From Tagaea sp. (GTDB taxonomy: Bacteria > Pseudomonadota > Alphaproteobacteria > CACIAM-22H2): a DNA stretch of 64,000 nucleotides. The notes beneath the pieces were generated by a model, which worked only from the letters and a program-made list of their open reading frames with translations, was not told the DNA's origin and searched no databases. Of this stretch, positions 28,621 to 37,894 are shown piece after piece. Location of the stretch: positions 320,001-384,000 of the forward strand of contig CBDIIB010000002.1 of the NCBI GenBank assembly GCA_965279525.1, written 5' to 3'. The translations under genes were made by a program, and so were the position numbers. Every line of letters begins with the position of its first letter. Position 1 is the first letter of the stretch.

Positions 28621-31600
28621 ATGCCGGTGGCCAGAAAAAGAGACGAGTTTTCGGAGAGGACGAGGATCCAGATCGCGAAGCGTGCGGGCTGGGTTTGCTC
28701 GTTTCCGGGCTGTCACGTTCACACAGTAGGAGCAACCGCGGACGGCAAAGGTGAATTCAGCACCGGCGTTGCAGCGCATATCTGTGCCGCTGCGCCGGGC
28801 GGACCTCGCTACGATGAGAAAATGTTGCCGGCCGTTCGATCGTCCGCTGACAACGGAATCTGGCTCTGCCAGAACCACGCCAAGCTGATCGACACTGATG
28901 TTATTCAATACCCTGTAAGTTTGCTCCAAAAATGGAAGGAGCAGGCTTCAGAGGATTCCAGGCGTCGCGTGGTTGCCGGCGTAGCTGCGAGCGCGCCTAC
29001 CATTGTCACCGACGCTGAGCTTGCAGAGCGGCTGCGGGCGGCGGCGGCAGCGGATTTGGATATCTTCAGAGCCAATCCGAAGTGGCCGCAGAGCTCGGTG
29101 CCCCTGACCCTCGCCGTTGAAGGCATAGAGGCGCCTGTTACGACCGATGCACTTGCAAGCATAGTGACAAAACTTGATGACCTGGTGCTCGTTGCAGGGC
29201 CCGGTATGGGGAAGACGTCAACCCTCTTTCAAATCGCTTCAGGCATAATTGGAAATAAGTGCGGCGTGCCGCTGGTGGTGTTGCTCAACGAATGGTCCAC
29301 CGAGGGTTCAACGCTCCTTGCATCCATCCTCAAGCGCCCATCATTTACCGGGATTTCCGAAGAGGATTTCCGCAAAGTTGCTGCGCAGACCAACACGGTT
29401 CTCCTGCTCGACGGTTGGAACGAGCTGGATGCGGATGCGCGCAAGCGCGCTCGCTATCAGGTGAATGCGCTGCAGGCTGAGCAGCCAAAGATCAGTTTGG
29501 TCATTTCAGCACGCAAACCACGCAATCAGGTGTTTGGCGTGCCGTTCTCAGGTACGCGCGTCGATCTTCTTCCGCTCAACGATGAGCAACAGTTGCAGAT
29601 TGCCCGTGCGATACGCGGGGACGAGGGTGCACGGCTGATTGATGAAGCATGGCGTACGGCTGGCGTGCGAGAGATGGTGACCATACCGCTCTATCTGGCG
29701 GCACTGCTTGGATTGCCGGTCGGCGCGCCTTTCCCGACCACGAAAGAGGAGGTGCTGCGCCATTTTGTGACTGCGCACGAGGCGAACCCAGATAGCGCCG
29801 AGGAGATTCACGCGGCAACGCATGGATTTCATCAGTCGTATCTCGACGAGTTGGCTGGATTCGCTACGCGCGCCGCGAGCACGGCAATTGCAGAACCAAG
29901 CGCGTTGCGGTGTGTGTCTGGAGTATCGGCAGCGTTGGTGCAGGATGGCCAGATTGCGGTTAGGCCGGAACCTAGCGCCATTCTCGAAGTGCTGGTCAGT
30001 CGCCACGTGCTAATGCGCGCGGGCGACACGCCAGGTGTGTCGTTCCAGCATCAGCAAATCCAAGAGTATTACGCGTCGCATATTGTCGAGCACAGAATCT
30101 TGGGCGATATCGAGATAGTGGCGAGGCGTGCTGCATTGCAGGCCGAAATCTTCGACTATCCGGCATGGGAAGAGGCAATCCTTTTTGCCGTTGAACGCAT
30201 GTCTCGGAGCAGTGGAGATGGCCGCGTGGCATGCGGCAAGGCTATTTTGGCCGCGTTCGAGGTCGACCCAATCCTCGCCGCAGAAATGATCTTCCGGTGT
30301 ACCGATGAAGTGTGGGCGCAAGTGGCGAGTTCGATACAGGCGCTGGTGAAGCGTTGGCATTCGCCTAAAAAAATCGATCGTGCACTCCGATTTATGCTGG
30401 TCTCAGGTCGCGCTGAGTTCCTCGACGTAGTTTGGCCGCTCATCACCAATGAGGATAAGCAAACAAGTCTTTTGGCGCTGCGGAACTGCAGGCGGTTCCG
30501 AACTTCTTCTCTTGGTCACGGCGCGGCGGAGAGAATCAAGGCGTTGGCCGAAGGGCCACGCGAAGTATTGCTGCATGAGATTGCTATGCGGGGCAGGATG
30601 GATGGGCTCGACCTCGCTACAAGTATTGCCAAAGATGATCCAGTTCCAAAAGTCAGAGCATCTGTGGTCGACGCTTTGACCTTTCGTCGTGCTGACCGCC
30701 ATGTGGTAGAGATTCTACGCGTTGCCGACGAAGCGACAGTAGAGTTGATCGCGCGTCGTAACTTGATAGACGTCGTCGATGACGAATATGTGAAGGAAAG
30801 AATTGAAGGCACGCGCAAGCGCCTCGTGGCAGAAGCAACTTCGGTCGAAGGGCGCTTGCGGCTAATCGCCAACACTCTTGGCAAAGAGGATCACGGCGCC
30901 GAGCTGACCAGAATCGTCAGTACCGTGGAGATTGATAAAAATAGAGAAGAGCTGCTGCATCTCCTTCATACGCTCCGCGATGGTTATCAGGCTGCCATTG
31001 CGGAGGGCATACTCGTACGCGTCAGGAACGGCCTCACACTATTTTACAGGGCGGATGACATTCTTGCTTCGTCGAGGCTCATCGTGGAGGACGAGGATCT
31101 TCTGCGTCTTGCCTTGGCGGACCCCGAAACTGACAGCATTCGAGCGGATGCTGCCGCTTCGGTCCTCGGCCCGAGGGCTACTGGAAGTATGATCGACGCG
31201 CTTCTCGATCTGGTACCGCACGTGCTCACTGATCATGCTGCGAGCCGAGCCTACAGCGGGCTTCAGCGTCGTATTGGGCACACGCCTGGCACAAGTCTGG
31301 TGGCAGCAACTGTCCAACGCTCACCGAATCTCAACACAGAACAGATGGCGCGGCTTGCTTCACTCTTTTCCAGTCGCAGGAGTGGAGACGACAATCGCGA
31401 CAGGCCTTTCGACTTGGATTCCCTGCGTGCCGTTCAAAATCTGACTATAGATTGGGTCAAGCATATCCATGCGTCCACGAACGCGCCTCGCTGGCAGAAG
31501 GCCGCCATTGTGGATCTTGCAAGCCGTTTCCCTGACGCGCAGCTTCTGCCGCTTGTCAAAGAGATGCTCGACGATAATTTGCAGCGACTCCGAAAGTACC

Positions 31601-32997
31601 GTGAGCAGGCGCAGGCAGATGGCTGGGGAGATACAGCGGCCGTGCGTGAAGCGAGACATCCGCATATGGATGAGTATCAGCGAGCATTTATGGAGATTGA
31701 TGCTCCTGATGCCGCCATCATTGTGGCGGAGTATCTCGAGGAGCCAGAATTCGGTGAGTGCGCGGCTCGAGTGCTCGCCTACCGATGGCGCACGGCAAAC
31801 GAACCACCAGAGGAGAAGCGCTTCCGTCCGAGTATAGACTGGTCTGAAGTCAAAGCGAAACGGGAGCGGCGCACATCTAACCCCGATGTGACATGCGATG
31901 AAGCGGAGGTGATCTTCACTGTCATCGATCGCCTAATCGCGGATGAGGCGAACGTACCTAAGCTACGGTTGGCAGCTTCACTCGCTGTCATTGCGCTCCG
32001 CCTGCCTCATGGCCAGCGCAGAGAGGCAATTCGCAAGGTTCTGTCGCTTGCCCCTGGTCGAGTACACGAATCCGCTCGACCGGATTTGCTTCTGAGTCTT
32101 GTACTGTCAGGCGAAGAGATCGATGTCGCTGATGTCAATGCAGGCATTGCCGAGACGCTAGAGGCGTCAAAGCGAGATCCATGGATTCTGACGCAGAGCG
32201 AGGGCTGGTATCTCCGCGTTTGGCTTCGTCTAATCCCCTTCACGAATAGTCCACTAGAGGCGATGCCCTTGGTGATCGAACTGCCCGAGGCTCTGCGCCA
32301 AGCCTACGCTCTGCAAGATATGGTTGGCGCGTTCGCCTATGCACCATCGCCGCAGGCGGAAGAATTCTTGTTTCGGCTCGCCGAAATTGACCAACGCTTC
32401 TACCGCCGAAATGAATGGTGGGACAGCGTGATGGCACTCGAGACGCTGTCTTCCGCGCGGCGTTTGGTTGATCTGATTGCGGGTAATGTAGCCAACTCTG
32501 CCTTTCGACCGGGCGCGATGACATTTGATATATTTCATTTCGTGAAAAGGCTCGGTGAGCTACTTCCAGCGATGCCTGAACTGCGGGCGTACGTCTATTC
32601 ATTGATAAAAAATGGTACACCCGCAGAAAGTGCAGCCATGCTGGCTGGGATTGTTTCTGAGAACCCTGATGCCGAAGGGCTACTGCTGATATTGAATTAC
32701 GAGCGGCAAGGCCGCTCAATATTCAACTGGCAATTGGTCAAGGAGGTCGTGACTGAAAAAGTACCTGTTGCCGGATACGCTAATGCCTACAGCTTAGTGC
32801 CAGTTCCGTCAGCAGAGTTCCGGAAAAGCATCTTTTCTCTGACGACAGATGGAGGAGCAAGGGACGTAGCGGCGCACTGGCTCAATTACATCGATGAGTT
32901 ACGCGACAATTATGGGCTACCTGAAACCGAGCCGCGTCATCCTGATCTAGCCTCCGGAAAGCAGTGGCCAATCTTGAGGTCGTCCGCTGAGGCGTGA
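28621..32997 (+). CDS. HNH nuclease-NACHT/STAND NTPase with helical-repeat C-terminus (candidate anti-phage NLR-like protein)
   Basis: CSFPGC...AAHICAAAPGGPRY...NGIWLCQNH; Walker A GPGMGKT; Walker B LLLDGWNE; FQHQQIQEY. Confidence 0.85.
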   Translation: MPVARKRDEFSERTRIQIAKRAGWVCSFPGCHVHTVGATADGKGEFSTGVAAHICAAAPGGPRYDEKMLPAVRSSADNGIWLCQNHAKLIDTDVIQYPVSLLQKWKEQASEDSRRRVVAGVAASAPTIVTDAELAERLRAAAAADLDIFRANPKWPQSSVPLTLAVEGIEAPVTTDALASIVTKLDDLVLVAGPGMGKTSTLFQIASGIIGNKCGVPLVVLLNEWSTEGSTLLASILKRPSFTGISEEDFRKVAAQTNTVLLLDGWNELDADARKRARYQVNALQAEQPKISLVISARKPRNQVFGVPFSGTRVDLLPLNDEQQLQIARAIRGDEGARLIDEAWRTAGVREMVTIPLYLAALLGLPVGAPFPTTKEEVLRHFVTAHEANPDSAEEIHAATHGFHQSYLDELAGFATRAASTAIAEPSALRCVSGVSAALVQDGQIAVRPEPSAILEVLVSRHVLMRAGDTPGVSFQHQQIQEYYASHIVEHRILGDIEIVARRAALQAEIFDYPAWEEAILFAVERMSRSSGDGRVACGKAILAAFEVDPILAAEMIFRCTDEVWAQVASSIQALVKRWHSPKKIDRALRFMLVSGRAEFLDVVWPLITNEDKQTSLLALRNCRRFRTSSLGHGAAERIKALAEGPREVLLHEIAMRGRMDGLDLATSIAKDDPVPKVRASVVDALTFRRADRHVVEILRVADEATVELIARRNLIDVVDDEYVKERIEGTRKRLVAEATSVEGRLRLIANTLGKEDHGAELTRIVSTVEIDKNREELLHLLHTLRDGYQAAIAEGILVRVRNGLTLFYRADDILASSRLIVEDEDLLRLALADPETDSIRADAAASVLGPRATGSMIDALLDLVPHVLTDHAASRAYSGLQRRIGHTPGTSLVAATVQRSPNLNTEQMARLASLFSSRRSGDDNRDRPFDLDSLRAVQNLTIDWVKHIHASTNAPRWQKAAIVDLASRFPDAQLLPLVKEMLDDNLQRLRKYREQAQADGWGDTAAVREARHPHMDEYQRAFMEIDAPDAAIIVAEYLEEPEFGECAARVLAYRWRTANEPPEEKRFRPSIDWSEVKAKRERRTSNPDVTCDEAEVIFTVIDRLIADEANVPKLRLAASLAVIALRLPHGQRREAIRKVLSLAPGRVHESARPDLLLSLVLSGEEIDVADVNAGIAETLEASKRDPWILTQSEGWYLRVWLRLIPFTNSPLEAMPLVIELPEALRQAYALQDMVGAFAYAPSPQAEEFLFRLAEIDQRFYRRNEWWDSVMALETLSSARRLVDLIAGNVANSAFRPGAMTFDIFHFVKRLGELLPAMPELRAYVYSLIKNGTPAESAAMLAGIVSENPDAEGLLLILNYERQGRSIFNWQLVKEVVTEKVPVAGYANAYSLVPVPSAEFRKSIFSLTTDGGARDVAAHWLNYIDELRDNYGLPETEPRHPDLASGKQWPILRSSAEA

Positions 32998-33051
32998 GTT
33001 CTATTCATGTACCTTTTGAATTCTTAGTCTACAGCCCCATTTAGGTGTCAC

Positions 33052-33762
33052 ATGAAGTCTCGCATGGGCAACCTTGATCTAAAACTGACACGCGCCGAAA
33101 TCGATGAGTTCAGAGAGAAGGCTCGCGGTCAAATTTTTGGATTTTTAGAACGCGGTTATTGGGTCTATGCGCTGGTAGCTGCAGATCGCCCGATTTATGT
33201 CGGCCAAACTAGCAATCCTGAATCGCGATTTCACAATCATCTCAAAGTGGCTTATGGCGGCCGTGCCGAGCCCGGCCAGCTACGTAGGGCAGCAGTTAAA
33301 TCTGGGCAGCTGCTTTCAATGGTTGCCCTTGTTCGACTGGCTGGACGCATCGAAGCGCTTGCTTATGAATCCGCTTGGGCACGGCAACTTCGGTTGCTCG
33401 GCCACGAACTGGAAAATACATGGTCGGAACACACCCTACGTTCAACGGCATGCCGCGTTCCGCTTGGTCGTCTTTGGGACATGTCGTTCGATGAGACTCA
33501 AAATCAAGGTATTCGTCTCGAATATGTATGCGCGCCATGTGGTGTAGGAATAGAAATTCCCGGGAGGGAGTTGGCGGCTCGTATGCAAGGAAACCCCACA
33601 ATTCGGAGTGTACGGTCAAAATTCAGGTGCCCAACGTGTGGCGCTGGTGATGTCTTGAAGCTGCAACTGTCTGATGAAGCGCAGAAGGCAAGAGTCTTTC
33701 CTGACCTTTCATCTCAAATTTGGCCCCCCGCTACGTATTCATCACAAAAGCTTCCTACCTAA
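33052..33762 (+). CDS. GIY-YIG nuclease with C-terminal zinc ribbon
   Basis: WVYAL...IYVGQTSNPESRFHNH; CAPC...CPTC. Confidence 0.75.
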   Translation: MKSRMGNLDLKLTRAEIDEFREKARGQIFGFLERGYWVYALVAADRPIYVGQTSNPESRFHNHLKVAYGGRAEPGQLRRAAVKSGQLLSMVALVRLAGRIEALAYESAWARQLRLLGHELENTWSEHTLRSTACRVPLGRLWDMSFDETQNQGIRLEYVCAPCGVGIEIPGRELAARMQGNPTIRSVRSKFRCPTCGAGDVLKLQLSDEAQKARVFPDLSSQIWPPATYSSQKLPT

Positions 33763-33851
33763 CTTCGCGTCAATAAGACAACTGCGACATTCAGCGCGGA
33801 AGGAGATGCCGGCTGAAATAGCTTGGCATCTGAAGTGGTCAATTCTGGCGG

Positions 33852-34694
33852 TCATGCCTCAAGTGGCGGGAAGCCCAAAACAAGCCTCCAGTCATCATTC
33901 TGCTGCTTCGCGTATAGCTGGCCCACACCCCATCCAATCCCACGCCCAGTAGTTCTGAAGCAGGGGATGCACATGCTTGCCCATAAAGGGCTATCTTTTA
34001 CATGGCCATCAACATAGAGGCCGCAGTCTAAAAGTTTACGGCGACAGATGTCGCAGTGTTCCGCGCCTTCAGAAAACATTGGCTCTCGGAGCATGACCTC
34101 ATGTTGGTCAATCTCCTTGGCTACTTCTTCCTCTAACCGATCAATTGGTGTGACCGACAACTCGATCAATTCGGAACTTTCTAACGATTCGTCGTCATCT
34201 TCGTCAGACTCCTCCAAGAGAGGATTGTCGGCATCCTCAACCCCGACGCGGTATTTGCCTTCACTGAAATCGATGAAGTTGATGGCGTCTGGATACGACA
34301 TTAAATCGGGAACGGCACTAAGATGGGCACGATAGTCTCTAAACTCGCTTTTGCTTTCTGGTGAAATTGACCAAGAAAAACTGGTGAAAGAGTCGCCACC
34401 GGTACCCGGGTCATAGAAATGACCACCACTGCCCAAATGCAACTCACCATCTGAAAGTCGAATGTCCCAATAGTGCCATGTCTCTATTCTCCCGAACTTC
34501 CGACGTGGCCCAGTCACCGTAACTTCAACGGTTAGAGCCGACGTAACCCTTGGAAGTCTCGAAAGCGCATGCTGCAACTTGGCAACGCTTACGAGTTTGG
34601 CCGCGGAAATCGCATCCGATTTTACAATCTTTGCCAGCATCGATGCTGCAGCACCTAAAAACGCTTGGTCTGCGCCATTGAGCACGTATTTCAT
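33852..34694 (-). CDS. Hypothetical protein with C-terminal Cys4 domain
   Basis: 280-aa ORF; acidic linker; CDIC...WASMCIPC...GIGWGVGQLY. Confidence 0.7.
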   Translation of the reverse strand: MKYVLNGADQAFLGAAASMLAKIVKSDAISAAKLVSVAKLQHALSRLPRVTSALTVEVTVTGPRRKFGRIETWHYWDIRLSDGELHLGSGGHFYDPGTGGDSFTSFSWSISPESKSEFRDYRAHLSAVPDLMSYPDAINFIDFSEGKYRVGVEDADNPLLEESDEDDDESLESSELIELSVTPIDRLEEEVAKEIDQHEVMLREPMFSEGAEHCDICRRKLLDCGLYVDGHVKDSPLWASMCIPCFRTTGRGIGWGVGQLYAKQQNDDWRLVLGFPPLEA

Positions 34695-34736
34695 CGCAGA
34701 GCCCCTTCAATTCGACCCGTGTGACTTTGGGATCAA

Positions 34737-37700
34737 TTAAGCCCTATCGGCATAGACCCCGGCATTCCGCTCCGGGTAGCGCTCGTAGACATGCTCGAAC
34801 AGCGCAGCGCACTTCTCTTGATACATCTCCGGCGAATAGGCCCGTGGTAGCCCGGCATCGAGCGTGTCCTCGATGATCAGTTTGACCTGGGACCGCGCTG
34901 CCGATTTCTGGCGCCAGTTGAGTACGAGCAGCGCCTTGAAGCGCTCGAGCATCGCGCGGGCGACCTTCTTGACCTCGGCGCGCTCCTCGGTGGTCAGCTC
35001 GGGCGCGGGGCGGGTCAGGATGTCAAAGATGACGAGCTCTTCCTCAGTCAGGTTCTCGCGGACATGCCTTTCCTGCTCCTCGGAGAGGCTTTGGGAGAGC
35101 TTGAGGAGCTCTTCCAGGAGTTCCTCGATACTTCGGCTGCCGGCGTTGTAGCTGTCGATCAGGGCCTCGAATTTCTCCGAGAAGTCCGTCCGCGTCGGAT
35201 TCAGCCGGATCATCTTCTCCAACTGGGCGCGGATCGCGGCCTTGAGTACCTCGATGTCGGTGTTTTTGTTCTTGGACGCCTTGAAGCGGTCCGCCAGCGC
35301 CTTGAAATTAATCTTCGAGAGATCGAGCGCGGGCGGGCCCTGATCCCGGATCTGGTGGCCGGTGATGGACTGGTCGAGCAGGGCGGCAATGTCTCCCATT
35401 ACCTCGGAGATATCGGCCGGGTTCGGGTTCAGCTTGGCACGGATCGATTCCGCCAGCGTCGTGAGGCACGCGACCCGGCTGGCAAACCCCAGCGCGACCG
35501 GATCCGGCTTGATCGCCCGGTAAAGAGTGGCGACCAGCCGCTCGTGCCCGAACAGCTCGCGACGGACGGGGTCCGGGGAGATCAGTCGGTTCATCGCGTC
35601 CTGGATCAACTGGAGGCGCGTGAGGCTGCCCACCTCTACGGCTTCGATTTTCTCTAGGTCGACCGAATGCCCGGTACAAAACGCGGTCGCGCCGGCAATC
35701 GCCTTCCGCAATTCCTCGACGAGCAGCTTCTTGTCGCGAACGGGGTTTGCCCCCGCTTTGCCGGCGCCGTAGATCGCAAGCGCCTTCTCGAGCGAAGCGA
35801 AGACGTTGGCATAGTCGACGATCAGGCCGCTGTGTTTTCCGGGAAACACCCGGTTGGCCCGTGCGATGGTCTGCATGAGGGTGTGGTTGCGCATCGGCTT
35901 GTCGAGATAGATGGTCGAGCAGCTCGGTGCATCGAACCCGGTCAGCCACATCGCGCAGACGAAGACGAGGCGGAGCGGATCGCCGGTATCCTTGAATTTC
36001 TCGTCCAGCCCCGGCTGGGATTCGTTCATCCGCTTCCGGTGCGGCGCGATATCCAGGCCAAGCGCCTGCATCTGCTGGATCTCGTTCTGGCCCGGCGAGA
36101 CGATCAGCGCCATGTCGGCCGTTGTCAATGCGTCGAGCCGCGCCGTCAGTTCCGCGTGCCGGTCGGGCGCCAGGTTCTTGCCTGCCAACTCCTTGCGGAC
36201 CCGGGTGGTCTCCGCCGCCCAGTGCTTGCGAACCTTGTCGTGCATCCGCAAAGCCGTCGCCTTGTCGATGGAGACGACCATCGCCTTGCCGGCAAAGCCC
36301 CGGCCGAGGAAGTGGGCGACAATGTCCTTCGCCACGGCCTCGAGCCGATCGTCCCGAGTAAGGATCTGGTACTGGCGCGCAAGTTCGCGTTCGAGCTTGG
36401 CTTCCTGCTCGGGGTCGAGTTCGGCCTCCTCGATCAGCCGATAGATGTCGTCGTTCAGGTCAGGGTTCGTGAGCTGGAGCTCCGGCGTGCGGTTCTCGTA
36501 GAAGAGGGGGACCGTTGCACCATCCTCGACCGACTGCTGGAAGTCGTAGATCGAGACATAGTCGCCGAATACCTCCTTGGTCCGCTCCTCGCCCACGATC
36601 AGCGGCGTCCCCGTAAATGCGAGGAACATCGCCTTCGGGAGGGCGGCGCGCATGTTCAATGCCAGCGTGTCGTACTGGCTGCGATGGGCTTCGTCGGTCA
36701 GGACGATGACATCTTCCCGGTCGCAGAGCAGTTCGGACGTCTGGAACTTGTGCACGAGTGTGAAGACGTAGCGGTGATTTCCGGTCAGCAGCTCGCGCAG
36801 ATGCGCGCCGCTCGTCGCATGGCACTCGTCGCCTTCCGCACCGGCGACGGCACCCACGGCCTTGAAGGTCTTCGCGATCTGCTCGTCGAGTTCGACGCGG
36901 TCGGTCACGATGACGAAGGTCCAGTTGCCGACGAGCTTCCGAAGGACCTTCTGGGCAAAGAAGACCATCGAGAAGCTCTTACCGCTGCCCTGCGTCTGCC
37001 AGAAGACGCCGCCGCGGCCATGGCCCAGCTTGCGCGCCTCGAGCATCGAGGCGACGGCATTGTTGACGCCGAGCACCTGATGGTTCTGGCCGAGTATCTT
37101 GAGCAGTCCTGCCTTGTGCTCGGAGAACAGCGTGAAGTTCTCGACGAGATCGAGCAGGCGGTTCCGGTCACAGGTCCCGCGCAGCATCACTTCAAGCGAG
37201 ACGCGGCGCGGCTCGTTCTCCCGTTCGATGCGCTTCCACTCGAAGAACCGGTCCCAATCGGCGGTGAGCGAACCGACGCGACTGTCGGTCCCGTTGCTGG
37301 CGATCAGCAGCGCGTTGAACCAGAAGAGCTGCGGGATCTGCTGCTTGTAGTGGGTCAGGTTCTCGTCGAAGGCGGCGCGGGCCGGCACGCCGGGCTTTTT
37401 GAGCTCGATCACGACCCACGGTAGGCCGTTGACGAAGCCGACGAGGTCAGGCCGGCAAGTATAGAGGCTGCCGACCACGCTGAACTGGCTGACCAGCAGG
37501 AAGTCGTTCTGCTCCGGCTTCCCCCAATCGACCACACGCAGCCGCTCGGTCTTCTGCCCACCATGCTCGCGGTCGGGAATTGATACCGGGATGCCGTCTT
37601 TCAGCAACCGGTAGACCTCGCGGTTGGCGGCCTCCAAGCTCATTGTCGCGCGGTCGCGGGTCAGTTCGTCGATGGCCGCCTGTATCGCCTCAGCGGGCGC

Positions 37701-37892
37701 ACCATTGTTGAACTTGCTGAGTGCCGCGCGCAGCCGGTCCGTGAGCACGACCTCGCCCTTGGTCTCGCGTCCGAGCGTGCCGTCCGTGCCAAAGGATTCC
37801 TCCAACGCCGACACCGACTGCCAGCCGAGCGTCGAGAACAACCCAATGGCGGGCTGCTCGACGAGCTGGTCCTCGGTGTAGGCGTGCGACAC
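34737..37892 (-). CDS. hsdR: Type I restriction endonuclease subunit R
   Basis: PDLVGFVNGLP...IELK, QGSGKS, DEAHRSQ, FTGTP, LTGFD and QTIARANR motifs. Confidence 0.96.
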   Translation of the reverse strand: MSHAYTEDQLVEQPAIGLFSTLGWQSVSALEESFGTDGTLGRETKGEVVLTDRLRAALSKFNNGAPAEAIQAAIDELTRDRATMSLEAANREVYRLLKDGIPVSIPDREHGGQKTERLRVVDWGKPEQNDFLLVSQFSVVGSLYTCRPDLVGFVNGLPWVVIELKKPGVPARAAFDENLTHYKQQIPQLFWFNALLIASNGTDSRVGSLTADWDRFFEWKRIERENEPRRVSLEVMLRGTCDRNRLLDLVENFTLFSEHKAGLLKILGQNHQVLGVNNAVASMLEARKLGHGRGGVFWQTQGSGKSFSMVFFAQKVLRKLVGNWTFVIVTDRVELDEQIAKTFKAVGAVAGAEGDECHATSGAHLRELLTGNHRYVFTLVHKFQTSELLCDREDVIVLTDEAHRSQYDTLALNMRAALPKAMFLAFTGTPLIVGEERTKEVFGDYVSIYDFQQSVEDGATVPLFYENRTPELQLTNPDLNDDIYRLIEEAELDPEQEAKLERELARQYQILTRDDRLEAVAKDIVAHFLGRGFAGKAMVVSIDKATALRMHDKVRKHWAAETTRVRKELAGKNLAPDRHAELTARLDALTTADMALIVSPGQNEIQQMQALGLDIAPHRKRMNESQPGLDEKFKDTGDPLRLVFVCAMWLTGFDAPSCSTIYLDKPMRNHTLMQTIARANRVFPGKHSGLIVDYANVFASLEKALAIYGAGKAGANPVRDKKLLVEELRKAIAGATAFCTGHSVDLEKIEAVEVGSLTRLQLIQDAMNRLISPDPVRRELFGHERLVATLYRAIKPDPVALGFASRVACLTTLAESIRAKLNPNPADISEVMGDIAALLDQSITGHQIRDQGPPALDLSKINFKALADRFKASKNKNTDIEVLKAAIRAQLEKMIRLNPTRTDFSEKFEALIDSYNAGSRSIEELLEELLKLSQSLSEEQERHVRENLTEEELVIFDILTRPAPELTTEERAEVKKVARAMLERFKALLVLNWRQKSAARSQVKLIIEDTLDAGLPRAYSPEMYQEKCAALFEHVYERYPERNAGVYADRA

Positions 37893-37894
37893 GT

